Shown piece by piece: positions 35,594-45,512 of a DNA stretch of 64,000 nucleotides. The stretch is from contig JBEKBH010000007.1 in NCBI GenBank assembly GCA_050015495.1, positions 43,061-107,060 of the forward strand. The letters run 5' to 3'. Each line of letters opens with the position of its first letter. The first letter of the stretch is position 1. This DNA is from Verrucomicrobiia bacterium (GTDB lineage: Bacteria > Verrucomicrobiota > Verrucomicrobiia > Palsa-1439). The notes under the pieces were generated by a model. The model searched no databases. It saw only the letters and a list, made by a program, of their open reading frames with translations, and had not been told where the DNA came from. The translations under genes and the position numbers were made by a program.

Positions 35594-36955
35594 ATGAACC
35601 TGCTCATCAAGAACGGCCACGTCATCCGCTGGAACGCAAACCACCGGGTCGAGCAGCTCGAAGCTCATCACGTCCTGATCGAAGACCGTCGCATCCGCGA
35701 TGTCGTCGCCACCATCCCGAAGGATTTCGAGCCGGACGAAACCATCGACGCGACGAATTGCGCGGTCATCCCCGGGCTGATCAACACGCACCATCATCTT
35801 TACCAATCGCTCACGCGCTGTTTGAAGCCCGTGCAGGACGCCAAGCTCTTCGACTGGTTGCTCGGCCTCTACGAAGTCTGGCGGCGCGTCGATTTCGACG
35901 CCGTCAAGCTCGGCTCGCAAATCTCGATGGCGGAAATGTTGCTCTCGGGCTGCACCACCACCAACGACATGTTCTACGTGTACCCGCGCGAATCCGACGT
36001 GAAAGCCGAGGCGGTCATCGAGGGCGCGGCGGAACTCGGCATGCGCATCCATGCCGGACGCGGCTCGATGTCCCTCGGTCGCAGTCGGGGCGGGCTGCCT
36101 CCCGATGATGTTGTGCAGGATGAGAACGTCATCCTGAAAGATTGCGAACGCGTCATCGAAAAGTTCCACGACGCGAAACCGTATGCGATGACGCGCGTCG
36201 ATCTGATGCCGTGCTCCCCCTTCTCGATCACGTTCGACCTGCTCAAGGACACGCGCGCGCTCGCCAAATCGCGGAAGGTTCTCTGCCACACCCACGTCGC
36301 CGAAACCGAGGACGAAAACAAGTTTTGCATCGAGAAATTCGGCAAACGGCCCGCCGATTACATGGCCGATGCGGACTGGGTCGGGCCTGATGTGTCGTGG
36401 GCGCATTGCGTGTGCCTGAACTCCGCCGAGATCAAGCTCCTCGCGAAGACGAAAACCGCCGTCGCGCATTGCCCGTCATCCAACATGCTCCTCGGCTCTG
36501 GCGTCCCGCCCGTGTGCGAGATGCTGCGCGCCAATGCCACGGTCGGCCTTGGCGTGGACGGTTCTTCCAGCAACAACGGCGCGCATGTGCTGGCCGAAGC
36601 CCGGCAGGCGCTGTTGCTCCAGCGGGTGAAGAATGGTGCGGACAGCTTCACCGCCGAAGACGCGTTGCGCATCGCCACGCTCGGCGGCGCGCGATTGTTG
36701 AACCGCGAGAAGGAACTCGGCAATATCGCTCCCGGTTTCGCCGCCGATATCACGATCTACGACCTCAATACCGTCGAGTTCGCCGGTGCCGCCGTTCAGG
36801 ACCCACTCGGCGCGCTTCTGCTCTGCCATTCCCCCCGCGCCAAATTCGTCCTCGTCAACGGCCAGCCCGTCGTCAAATACGGCCAACTCGCCACTGTCTA
36901 CCTCCAGGGCCTGGTGGCGAAGATGAATGATCTGGTGACGAGACGGTTTCGTTGA
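35594..36955 (+). CDS. Metal-dependent amidohydrolase, 8-oxoguanine deaminase/AtzB/SsnA-like
   Basis: PGLINTHHHLYQ, HTHVAET, WAHCV, HCPSSN, GLGVDGSSSN. Confidence 0.85.
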   Translation: MNLLIKNGHVIRWNANHRVEQLEAHHVLIEDRRIRDVVATIPKDFEPDETIDATNCAVIPGLINTHHHLYQSLTRCLKPVQDAKLFDWLLGLYEVWRRVDFDAVKLGSQISMAEMLLSGCTTTNDMFYVYPRESDVKAEAVIEGAAELGMRIHAGRGSMSLGRSRGGLPPDDVVQDENVILKDCERVIEKFHDAKPYAMTRVDLMPCSPFSITFDLLKDTRALAKSRKVLCHTHVAETEDENKFCIEKFGKRPADYMADADWVGPDVSWAHCVCLNSAEIKLLAKTKTAVAHCPSSNMLLGSGVPPVCEMLRANATVGLGVDGSSSNNGAHVLAEARQALLLQRVKNGADSFTAEDALRIATLGGARLLNREKELGNIAPGFAADITIYDLNTVEFAGAAVQDPLGALLLCHSPRAKFVLVNGQPVVKYGQLATVYLQGLVAKMNDLVTRRFR

Positions 36956-36986
36956 GCGCAGGCCCGGTGCCTGTTGTGTGACAGGA

Positions 36987-37859
36987 TCAGAACCTCACCG
37001 TGATGCCCGTAAAGGCGTTCACGTCATCGGCGGCAGTGGTGACGCCGACATTGCAGCCGCAATCGAGTTGCACATTCTCGGTCACCAAATATTCGAGTCC
37101 GACGTCCACCGTGCCAACCCAACCCGGTCCGCCCTCCGTGCTGAGATCGCTGAAGAATTCGCAATAGCCGCTGAGTTTACCAACGATGGCGTGATCGAAT
37201 GTAATCGACTGGATGAATTCCGCGTGGTAGCCGGAGCCCGTAGCGTTTCGGAAACAGCTCGCGGCTGCCTCCAATCCCATGTCCCAATCCGCGGGAAGCT
37301 TCACGGACAACGGGAGAATCATCCCGCCTTCGACGGCATCGTTGCCGAGTCGATCCGTATTCACCGGGAACTTGACGAATGGCAGTAACGCGAACGCGGT
37401 CTTACCTCCGTCGTTCCCCCATAGATTGATCTTCAGCCTCGGCGTTAGATCTCCAAATCCCGACTGCGTCATGGTCCCGAGCCGGTCTTCCGTGCGCACA
37501 TGGACGTAGTTGTCGTAAATGAACTGCAAATCGACGTTGTTGAGCAACCCGACTTTCAGATTCGCGGGCGCGACGTTCCAAGTCTCGGTACGCACCCCAG
37601 CCGTATCGTCGTGCGTGAAAGTCGCGAAATCCATTTCCACCATGAAATGCCCGGCATCCAGCGTGTACGGACTCTCCGTCTTGTCCGGTCGGTCCGGCGA
37701 CAGCTCGCGCATCGCTTCGTCCGGTGTCGGATTCAGAAGATTGTAACCGCTCTTATCCGGCAGTGTTTTGTCCGAAGCATCGTCCGAGGCTCGTGCCGCT
37801 CCCGCCAGCCAGCACGAGGCGAGTACCAAGGCAGCGAAACGCGCGCGAGCGTGTCTCAT
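36987..37859 (-). CDS. Outer-membrane protein, putative MetA-pathway/transporter family
   Basis: Signal peptide, DRPDKTESPYTLDAGHF, GFGDLTPRLKINLWG, C-terminal ITVRF. Confidence 0.78.
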   Translation of the reverse strand: MRHARARFAALVLASCWLAGAARASDDASDKTLPDKSGYNLLNPTPDEAMRELSPDRPDKTESPYTLDAGHFMVEMDFATFTHDDTAGVRTETWNVAPANLKVGLLNNVDLQFIYDNYVHVRTEDRLGTMTQSGFGDLTPRLKINLWGNDGGKTAFALLPFVKFPVNTDRLGNDAVEGGMILPLSVKLPADWDMGLEAAASCFRNATGSGYHAEFIQSITFDHAIVGKLSGYCEFFSDLSTEGGPGWVGTVDVGLEYLVTENVQLDCGCNVGVTTAADDVNAFTGITVRF

Positions 37860-38272
37860 TTGGCGCGAAGGAGCAGGACCGGCACGCTGATGCTGTGGCG
37901 CACGCGACGGGACGTGGATCCCAGGAACAGGTCGGCAATGAATCGGTGTCCATGCGTGCTCATCGCGACCAGATCGCAACCCTTTTTCTCGACCCACTTG
38001 ATGATTTCATCGGCGGGCTCACCAAACGCCAACTCGGCGTCGGCGTGGATGCCCGCGGACTGGAACTCCGACTGGACTTCCGCCAAGTACGCCTTGTCTT
38101 CCGCGACTTCGGGGCTTACGGCGTCGGCGCCATAGGTTCTGGCGGCCCAACCATCGGCCACGTGCAGCAGCGCGACCCGGCTGTGCATCATCTTCGCCAG
38201 GTCCTTCACGTGCTCGATGATCGCCCGGTCCGTCGGCGTGGCGTCCAGCGTTACCAGGATCTTGTTGTACAT
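37856..38272 (-). CDS. Universal stress protein
   Basis: YNKILVTLD, DLVAMSTHGH, GSTSRRV..PVLLL. Confidence 0.9.
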   Translation of the reverse strand: MYNKILVTLDATPTDRAIIEHVKDLAKMMHSRVALLHVADGWAARTYGADAVSPEVAEDKAYLAEVQSEFQSAGIHADAELAFGEPADEIIKWVEKKGCDLVAMSTHGHRFIADLFLGSTSRRVRHSISVPVLLLRAK

Positions 38273-38289
38273 GGCAATCGCTCCTCTCT

Positions 38290-39702
38290 TCAATGGCCGA
38301 CGATGACAGCCCACGCGTCCTTCAGCGCGTCGGGCAGGCTGTAAATGTCCATGGCCGTGATCAGAATGGCAGTACCCCAGCCGGTGATCAACAAGAACCA
38401 GCCGTTGCGCCATTTGCCCATGCGTTTCCTCGAACTGGTGAAATGCAGCAGCGGGAACATCGCCAGCGGCAACTCCAAACACAGAACAACCTGGCTGAGG
38501 TTGACCAGGTCGGTCACGCTGCCATTGCCGCGGACGCTGATGATCAGGATCGCCGGCAACACCGCCAGCGTCCGGGTGATCAGCCGGCGCAACCACGGCC
38601 TGATCCGCCAATGCATGAACCCCTCCATCACCACCTGTCCGGCGATCGTGCCGGTGATCGTGCTGCTTTGACCGCTCGCCAGCAGCGCCACGGCGAACAG
38701 CGTGCTGGCCAGCGTCTTCCCCAGCAGCGGCGCCAGTGTCAGGTAGGCGACGCGGATCCAATCGCTGTCCGGACTGAACGTGACCGTTTGGCCGCCCGCC
38801 ACCGTGACGCTGGTCTTCCCGTAGAACACGATCGCCGCCAGCACCAGGATGGCCGCGTTGACGAAGAAGGCGATGGTCAATGCCACGGTCGTGTCGATGG
38901 TGTTAAACCGGATCGCGCGGCGAATGGACGGCTCATCTTGCTGTAGCTTGCGGGTTTGTACCAACGCCGTGTGGAGGTAGAGGTTATGGGGCATGACAGT
39001 CGCCCCGATGATGCCAATCGCCACCACGAGCATGCCGGCCTGTGCGAAGTCGGGCCGCACCATCGCCTGACCCATTTCCAGGAAATCGGGCCGGGTCTGC
39101 GCGAATCCGAAAATCTCGATCCCGTAACAGACACCAATGGTCAACACGAACACCGCGACCACCGCTTCGATCAGCCTCATGCCAAACCCCTGCAACGCCA
39201 GCAGCAGCAACACGTCGAACGCCGTGATGACGATCGCCCACTGGATCGGGATGTGAAACAACAGGTTCAACGCGACCGCGCTGCCCAGCGCCTCGGCGAG
39301 GTCGGTCATGCCGATGGCAATTTCCATCGTCAACCAATTGGGCCATCGGGTCCACTTCGGGTACCAGTCGCGGCAGGCCTGGGCCAGGTCCTTGCCGGTG
39401 GCCACACCGAGACGGGCGGCAATGACCTGCAGGAAAACGGCCATCAGGCTGGCGAGGCCAACGACCCACAACAGCCCGTACTTGAACTGCGCGCCGCCCT
39501 GCAAGTCCGTGCCCCAATTGCCCGGGTCCATGTAGCCGACACTGATGAGAATCGCCGGGCCGACAAACGCCCGCCATTGCCGCCAGAACCCGGCCTGGTG
39601 GTGCGGCACATCCACCGTGCCGTGCATGCCTTCGAGGGACAGGTGGCCACCGTGCGGGGCCACACCTGTATCCGTTGTCGCATCCTTTGAAAGATTAGGC
39701 AT
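38290..39702 (-). CDS. mntH: Nramp-family divalent metal (Mn2+) transporter
   Basis: GYMDPGNW and GATVMPHNLYLH signatures. Confidence 0.95.
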   Translation of the reverse strand: MPNLSKDATTDTGVAPHGGHLSLEGMHGTVDVPHHQAGFWRQWRAFVGPAILISVGYMDPGNWGTDLQGGAQFKYGLLWVVGLASLMAVFLQVIAARLGVATGKDLAQACRDWYPKWTRWPNWLTMEIAIGMTDLAEALGSAVALNLLFHIPIQWAIVITAFDVLLLLALQGFGMRLIEAVVAVFVLTIGVCYGIEIFGFAQTRPDFLEMGQAMVRPDFAQAGMLVVAIGIIGATVMPHNLYLHTALVQTRKLQQDEPSIRRAIRFNTIDTTVALTIAFFVNAAILVLAAIVFYGKTSVTVAGGQTVTFSPDSDWIRVAYLTLAPLLGKTLASTLFAVALLASGQSSTITGTIAGQVVMEGFMHWRIRPWLRRLITRTLAVLPAILIISVRGNGSVTDLVNLSQVVLCLELPLAMFPLLHFTSSRKRMGKWRNGWFLLITGWGTAILITAMDIYSLPDALKDAWAVIVGH

Positions 39703-39708
39703 ACCTAA
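39695..39708. promoter_or_regulatory. Candidate DtxR/MntR/SloR-type operator TTAGG-CATA-CCTAA overlapping the mntH start codon
   Basis: Perfect 5-bp arms resembling TTAGG..CCTAA boxes of this family. Confidence 0.62.
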
Positions 39709-39818
39709 CTTTATTGTGTGTGACTATATCGGAATCCCACGCGCTGTCAACCGGAATCTTTCCTTCCTTGTCATCCAGAGAGCCCCCGGCTATTCTGTCC
39801 TCGTACAGGAGGGTCGCC

Positions 39819-39995
39819 ATGTATGGATTGTTTGGGTTGATCGTGTTGGCGTTGGACATCATCGCGATAGTGGATGTCGCCAAGGGCAGCGGTGATATCG
39901 GCAAGAAGATTCTCTGGATTGTGCTGATCCTGGTATTGCCATTGGTCGGCATGATTCTCTACTTCCTGCTGGGACGTTCCAAAGCCGGCGCCTGA
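39819..39995 (+). CDS. Small two-TM protein, PLDc N-terminal domain-like
   Basis: AGGAGG RBS; KKILWIVLILVLPLVGMILYFLLG. Confidence 0.82.
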   Translation: MYGLFGLIVLALDIIAIVDVAKGSGDIGKKILWIVLILVLPLVGMILYFLLGRSKAGA

Positions 39996-40156
39996 TTGGA
40001 TCGCCCTGGCAGCCGTGGCCAGCCGCCGCGGGTTTGGGGTTGGCGGGTGGCCCGTCTCTACTCAACGGGGTCGTGGCCTCAATCAGGGCGCATTCGGCGC
40101 TCCGGCTGAATCTCCCGTTGATTTCTGTCGCGGTTTCCAGTTTATTCCCTCTTACT

Positions 40157-41494
40157 TTGCCCGCGAACGATCCAATTCCAACGGCGGAACGCACCGAGCC
40201 GACGATTGCCACCGTGCCGGCCGACACGGTGGCGCAGCCGCGGTCTGTCGTCGCGGGCCGAATCAGTTGGCGAAAAACGTTTTCCGCCTTTCGCCACCGC
40301 AACTACCGCCTGTTCTTCTCGGGTCAACTCATCTCCGTCATCGGCACGTGGATGCAACAGGTCGCCCTCGGCTGGCTCGTGTACACGCTGAGCAACTCCG
40401 CCTTTACGCTCGGCGCGGTCCGCTTTCTGTCGGCGATCCCGGTCACGCTCTTCACCCTCGTCGGCGGCGCGATGGCCGACCGATTCGAGAAGCGCCGCAT
40501 TGTCATCCTGACCGAAAGCACCGCCATGGTGCTCGCCTTCGCGCTCGCGGCCCTCGTCTATTTCGGGGTCATCAAAATCTGGCAGATCGCCCTGGTCGGT
40601 TTTCTGGATGGAATGACCGATGCATTCGACATCCCCACCCGCCAAAGTTTCGTCATCGAAATGGTCGGCAAGGACGATCTGATGAATGCCATCGCGCTGA
40701 ATTCTTCCCTCTTCAACGGCGCCCGCGTGTTCGGCCCCGCGCTGGCGGGCGTGCTGATCGGCATCATCGGCCTGACGGGCTGTTTTTTCGTGAACGGCCT
40801 TTCCTACCTCGCCATTGTGGTCGCCTACTTCGCCATGCGCCTGCCCGCCGCGACTACACGCGCGGAACGGCAACCGGTCTGGCATGAAACGGTCGAAGCC
40901 TTGCGCTACGTTCGCGGCCACCGAACGATCCGCGCCGTCATTTCCCTGATCACTATTGTGAGCCTGTTCGGTTGGCCGTACAGCGTCCTGATGCCCGTGT
41001 TTGCCCGCGACGTGCTGCATGTCCAGGTCAGTGGCTACGGTTATCTTATGGCGGCGAACGGCATGGGCGCGCTGTTCGGGGCGTTGACCCTCGCCTCCAT
41101 CGGCGACTCCGTGGCCCGGCGAAAATTGTTCTATGGCGGACTCTTTGGCTTCTGCATCATGCTTGCCGTGTTCGCCCTCTCGCGCGTCTACTGGCTCTCC
41201 GCCGTGGCCCTCGCCGGGTCGGGTTTCTTCATGATCATCTTCTTCGCCACGGCCAACACTGCCGTCCAAACACGCGTGCCCGACGAACTTCGCGGGCGTG
41301 TCATGGGCATCTATGCCCTCGCGTTCCTCGGCCTGACACCCTTTGGCAGCCTCCTCGCGGGTGCCATCGCCAGAATTACCAGCGCCTCGTTCGCCGTGTC
41401 GCTCGGCGCGGTCATTTGCCTGATCGCCGGCCTCGTCGTCATGCGCCTGACACGGTCGCCCCCACCCGTTTCGCAGCCGTCTCCCGTGTCGTGA
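40157..41494 (+). CDS. MFS transporter
   Basis: AFRHRNYRLFFSGQLIS, GAMADRFEKRR, VPDELRGRVM; start uncertain. Confidence 0.88.
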   Translation: MPANDPIPTAERTEPTIATVPADTVAQPRSVVAGRISWRKTFSAFRHRNYRLFFSGQLISVIGTWMQQVALGWLVYTLSNSAFTLGAVRFLSAIPVTLFTLVGGAMADRFEKRRIVILTESTAMVLAFALAALVYFGVIKIWQIALVGFLDGMTDAFDIPTRQSFVIEMVGKDDLMNAIALNSSLFNGARVFGPALAGVLIGIIGLTGCFFVNGLSYLAIVVAYFAMRLPAATTRAERQPVWHETVEALRYVRGHRTIRAVISLITIVSLFGWPYSVLMPVFARDVLHVQVSGYGYLMAANGMGALFGALTLASIGDSVARRKLFYGGLFGFCIMLAVFALSRVYWLSAVALAGSGFFMIIFFATANTAVQTRVPDELRGRVMGIYALAFLGLTPFGSLLAGAIARITSASFAVSLGAVICLIAGLVVMRLTRSPPPVSQPSPVS

Positions 41495-41641
41495 TCGTCG
41501 ATCAGAAAGACGCCAGCCGAACCCGCCACCACGTTTCGTAACTGCGTTACACGGGCGTTGCAGAATCCGCGCGCGACGGGTATCATTCAAGGTAATGATA
41601 GAAATCAACGCCCGCGCCGAAAGTCCGCACGGAGGCACTCA

Positions 41642-42460
41642 ATGACCACCCAGGATTCCAACGCCACCATGGCGGTATTCCTCGATTTGGAGAACATTGC
41701 GCTCGGAGCCATGGACGCCAATTATCCGCAGTTCGACATCCAAAAGGTGCTCGAACGTCTCCTACTCAAGGGACACATCGTGGTCAAGAAGGCGTACTGC
41801 GATTTCGACCGCGGCAAAGCGTTCAAGCGCGACCTGCACGAGGCGGCGTTCGAATTGATCGAGATCCCGCACGTGCGCCAGTCGGGGAAAAACTCCGCCG
41901 ACATTCGTATGGTCGTCGACGCCCTGGATCTCTGTTATACCAAGAGCCACGTCGATACCTTTGTGATCGTCAGCGGCGACTCCGATTTCTCCCCGTTGGT
42001 GAGCAAGCTCCGCGAGAATGCCAAGACCGTTATTGGCGTTGGCGTGAAGAACTCGACCGCCGATTTGTTCATCAACAATTGCGATGAATTCATCTACTAC
42101 GATGACCTCGTGCGCGCGGCGCCATCCAAACCTCGGCACCGTGGCACGGCCCCGGCCGCACCGGTTGCGGCGGCGAAGAGCCCCGAGGGCGAGGCCAAAG
42201 GCAAGGGCCCCGCGATGGCCGACGCGTTCGATCTGGTGCTGAAAACGCTGGAGGCCATTTCTTCGGAGCGTGGCGCGAACGATCCGACCTACGGATCCAT
42301 GATCAAACAGGCGATCAAGCGCCGCCATCCCGGGTTCAATGAACGCGCCCACGGGTTCCGCTCCTTCAATGATCTGCTGCTGGAAATGCAGAACCGCAGC
42401 CTTCTGAAAATCGAGCCTGACAAGAAGTCCGGCGGGTATATCGTCCAGACCATGGAATAG
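41642..42460 (+). CDS. NYN (LabA/DUF88) ribonuclease-like protein with OST-HTH/LOTUS domain
   Basis: VFLDLENI, GKNSADIRMVVDA, SGDSDF; C-terminal GFNERAHGFRSFNDLL. Confidence 0.9.
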   Translation: MTTQDSNATMAVFLDLENIALGAMDANYPQFDIQKVLERLLLKGHIVVKKAYCDFDRGKAFKRDLHEAAFELIEIPHVRQSGKNSADIRMVVDALDLCYTKSHVDTFVIVSGDSDFSPLVSKLRENAKTVIGVGVKNSTADLFINNCDEFIYYDDLVRAAPSKPRHRGTAPAAPVAAAKSPEGEAKGKGPAMADAFDLVLKTLEAISSERGANDPTYGSMIKQAIKRRHPGFNERAHGFRSFNDLLLEMQNRSLLKIEPDKKSGGYIVQTME

Positions 42461-42575
42461 TCGTTGGTCTCGTGCTACATTGGCCTCGTTCGCAGGTGGC
42501 GGGACGTCCGTTTTTTTGTCCCGACAACTCTGTCTCAGGCACAAATCCTGCCTCGTTGACATGCTGGAATACGCC

Positions 42576-43259
42576 ATGCCCAAATGGAATGACATCGCCA
42601 AACTATCGGATCGCGAGGAGAAAACGCGCGAAGCGGCATTTGAGGCCGAAATGCTGGCGTTGTTGGCGACGGACAAGCCGAAGCCGTCCGCCGCCTCGTC
42701 CCCGCCACCGACCGGCCCTGCGCCAGCACCAACCATTGCGCCCCGCGATGCCGTCCAAATCTGCGTCACTGAGAACGGTCAGACCGCAGTGTACGCTTTG
42801 GCATCCACTCCCGAGCCGGTGCGGGAGCAAATCGGCAATGCGTGGGGGCTCTCTCCAAGGTCCAACGTTCCCCCGGTAATCGCGCTCGTCCCCGCGACCG
42901 CTGCCCCGGCAACATCGACTCCGCGTCCCCGGACACTGCGGTTTGCGATGACCCTGAATCTGTTCGTGCCGGGCGCAGGCCAATTCTACCTCGGCCAACG
43001 CACCTCCGGCCTTTTCTACGCGGGCGGGTTCTGCGTGTGCCTGGTGACGATGCTCGTCCTGTTCGTTCGAGCGTATTCTCAGTACATGCAACTCGCCACC
43101 AACGGCGATATTCTGGAGGGCGGCAACCTGGAAACATTGGCCGGCGCATTCCCGGTCAGAACACTCTTGGGGTTGTCGGTCGTCGGCACCCTTATCTACA
43201 TCGTCTCGGCGATCCATCTCGCCGTCGCCCGCGACCACCAGCAGCGTCCACCGCCGTAA
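42576..43259 (+). CDS. Hypothetical membrane protein
   Basis: Pro-rich linker, LNLFVPGAGQFYLG motif, TM helices. Confidence 0.6.
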   Translation: MPKWNDIAKLSDREEKTREAAFEAEMLALLATDKPKPSAASSPPPTGPAPAPTIAPRDAVQICVTENGQTAVYALASTPEPVREQIGNAWGLSPRSNVPPVIALVPATAAPATSTPRPRTLRFAMTLNLFVPGAGQFYLGQRTSGLFYAGGFCVCLVTMLVLFVRAYSQYMQLATNGDILEGGNLETLAGAFPVRTLLGLSVVGTLIYIVSAIHLAVARDHQQRPPP

Positions 43260-43275
43260 CACCGGCGCGTGCCGA

Positions 43276-43941
43276 CTAGAATTTCACCGACTTCACGAAT
43301 TGCAGGAAAGATTCCTTTTGCGCGCCCACCAATGGCGCGTCGCCGGTCATCTTGAAGAACCATGAATTACCTGCGTTCGGGACCGTGACCACGATCATCC
43401 GCGGCGGTTGCGTCTTCCCCGGGGGAGCGGTGTCCGCCTTGAAATCCACGACGGTCGCTTTCGTCCCGTTGACGTTCAGGTCCGAGGTGATTCCCGCGAT
43501 CTCATCGGGCGCAACCGGGCCGAGGCCGATTTGGCCGCGCCACCGATTGATGTTCGCCATCAATCCGCCCACGTCTCCCGGAAACACCGAAACCGCGATC
43601 TCGGCGGTCTGCCCGTCCGCGCCCGTCACCAAAAACGTCGCCCGGCGCATCGACGAAGGATTGCCCGGCTTCCAATCCGCAGGGACCGACCATTGTGGGT
43701 TCGGCGCATCCGACGCCGAGCCGGGCGGCAAACTCTGCCCACTCATGCTGCTGATATCCGGATGCCCCGGAGGCAATGCCGGCGTTGGCGCGGCGGCTAC
43801 CGACGACGAAACCGGCGCGGTCGCTTGAGCCGGCGCCGGCGTTGGCGCCGGTGGTGGTTGCGAAACGTCTTCGGACCGATTACAGCCAGCCCCGACCAGG
43901 GCCACTGCGACAAACAAACAAAAGATCAATCGTGTTTTCAT
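43276..43941 (-). CDS. Hypothetical lipoprotein
   Basis: Lipobox GAGC, Pro-rich linker, LMANINRWRGQIGL, WFFKMTG. Confidence 0.75.
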   Translation of the reverse strand: MKTRLIFCLFVAVALVGAGCNRSEDVSQPPPAPTPAPAQATAPVSSSVAAAPTPALPPGHPDISSMSGQSLPPGSASDAPNPQWSVPADWKPGNPSSMRRATFLVTGADGQTAEIAVSVFPGDVGGLMANINRWRGQIGLGPVAPDEIAGITSDLNVNGTKATVVDFKADTAPPGKTQPPRMIVVTVPNAGNSWFFKMTGDAPLVGAQKESFLQFVKSVKF

Positions 43942-44019
43942 CGTCACCTTGACTCACAGCTTGATTCCCCTGCGACTCCAAGTCAAGCGCCCGTCTCGCC
44001 TTGCTCCTTTGCGACGAAA

Positions 44020-45384
44020 TCAAAAGCCCCTCGCCTTCGCGAGTTTCTTGTCGATGTCGGCGGTCTTGGCCTGCTCTTTCAACCAGAAATCTGGATTCGC
44101 CAGCGCGCGGAGTTCATTGATCCCCTTCCCTTGCTGCTCGACCCATGTGTAGTACTTCTGGTTGTGCCAGCGCGACCGATGGAACTTCGTGCCTTCCTGC
44201 ACCCAATCGCTCACATCGGTCTTGCGGAATATGTCCACGCGCCGTTTCGCTTCGTCCTTCGTCATCTTGCCCATGGTCTTGTTGAGCCGCTGCATCACGG
44301 ACGGATACCGGTCGAAACCATCGGTTGCAATGGTGACGACGTTCTGTCCCTTGCCTGCCTGGATGACCTTCGCCGTCTTGATCGCGCCGAGGATATTGCA
44401 GACCGAGCTGATGCCAAACGTGTCCACGAACGCCTCCGCCACCTCCGGCTTCACCCCTTCGCCGAGAAGCACGTCAGTCCCTTCTTGCAGGAGTTGCAGC
44501 CCCTTCAAACATTGCTGGTCGTCGATGCAAATCAGCCAGTCCATGTTCAACACGTTGTGAATCCACGTGACGTGCTTGTCGCCGATGCCTTCGATGGCGT
44601 GCGCGCCAAACCCCGCGTCGTACAACGTCGGGCATTGGATCGGCTCCAACCCGACGATCCGGCAATCGGGGAACTGTTGCTTCAGGAAATCGCCCGCGGC
44701 AATCGTCCCCGCCGATCCCATCGCCGACACGAACGCCGCCACCTTGCCGTTGCCGACCCCCTTTACCACTTCCTGCGCCGCGTGACCGGTCACGTCGTAA
44801 TGGAACCGATAATTGCCGAACTCGGCGAACTGGTTGAGAATTTTGTTCTTCGCGTCGCGCCGGAGTTCGTTGACCTTGTCGTAAATCTCTTTGACGTTGC
44901 TCTCGCTGCCCGGCGTCTTGACGACTTGCGCGCCGTACGACTCGATCTTCTGGAACCGCTCGGCGCTCATCTCGGCGGGAAGCACTACCAGCGAGTCGTA
45001 GTTCATCCGCGGCCCGACCCACGCGCCGCCGATGCCGTAATTGCCCGTCGACGGGAACACGAGCCGATCGCGTCCCGGCTGCAATTCGCCCGCAAGCTGC
45101 TTTTCGATGAGGCAACTGTACGCCGGGCCGACCTTGTGCGCGCCCGTCGGGAAATGCCGCGCGATCATCACCACGATATTCGCGTCCACGCCCGTCAACT
45201 CGCGCGGCAACACCAGATGCGGGATGCCGAAGTCGTCCTGTTTCCACGTGATGTTGAACAGATTGACCGGATGCAGCGGGTCCTTCCGCTTTTTCTCCAA
45301 CGCTTGCTTGCGCACGTCCGCCTTGATCCGTGACGGATCACGCATCTCGGCAAACGTCGGTCCATAAACGAAGTCGGTTCTCAT
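44020..45384 (-). CDS. Fold-type II PLP-dependent enzyme (cysteine-synthase-like, ygfK-cluster type)
   Basis: FPTGAHKVGPAY (PLP Lys), PSTGNYG, GSAGT, EGIGDKH. Confidence 0.8.
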   Translation of the reverse strand: MRTDFVYGPTFAEMRDPSRIKADVRKQALEKKRKDPLHPVNLFNITWKQDDFGIPHLVLPRELTGVDANIVVMIARHFPTGAHKVGPAYSCLIEKQLAGELQPGRDRLVFPSTGNYGIGGAWVGPRMNYDSLVVLPAEMSAERFQKIESYGAQVVKTPGSESNVKEIYDKVNELRRDAKNKILNQFAEFGNYRFHYDVTGHAAQEVVKGVGNGKVAAFVSAMGSAGTIAAGDFLKQQFPDCRIVGLEPIQCPTLYDAGFGAHAIEGIGDKHVTWIHNVLNMDWLICIDDQQCLKGLQLLQEGTDVLLGEGVKPEVAEAFVDTFGISSVCNILGAIKTAKVIQAGKGQNVVTIATDGFDRYPSVMQRLNKTMGKMTKDEAKRRVDIFRKTDVSDWVQEGTKFHRSRWHNQKYYTWVEQQGKGINELRALANPDFWLKEQAKTADIDKKLAKARGF

Positions 45385-45512
45385 AGAAATTTTCCCAGTG
45401 TCCGCAAGCCCGGTGTCCATAAGTTGAGTCGGGCAACGTCAAGAACTTCACACCAAGTTTACGCTAGACTACGGCAGGGGAAACCGTAAAGTCAATTGAC
45501 AGAATCGACCCT

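Noticed and set aside
39703-39818. yybP-ykoY manganese riboswitch upstream of mntH
   Set aside because: The intergenic region is only about 115 nt, shared with a divergent gene, and shows no recognisable riboswitch stems.
43408-45333. 641-aa plus-strand ORF
   Set aside because: Antisense to the lipoprotein and PLP-enzyme genes, Arg/His-rich with no motifs; a typical high-GC shadow.
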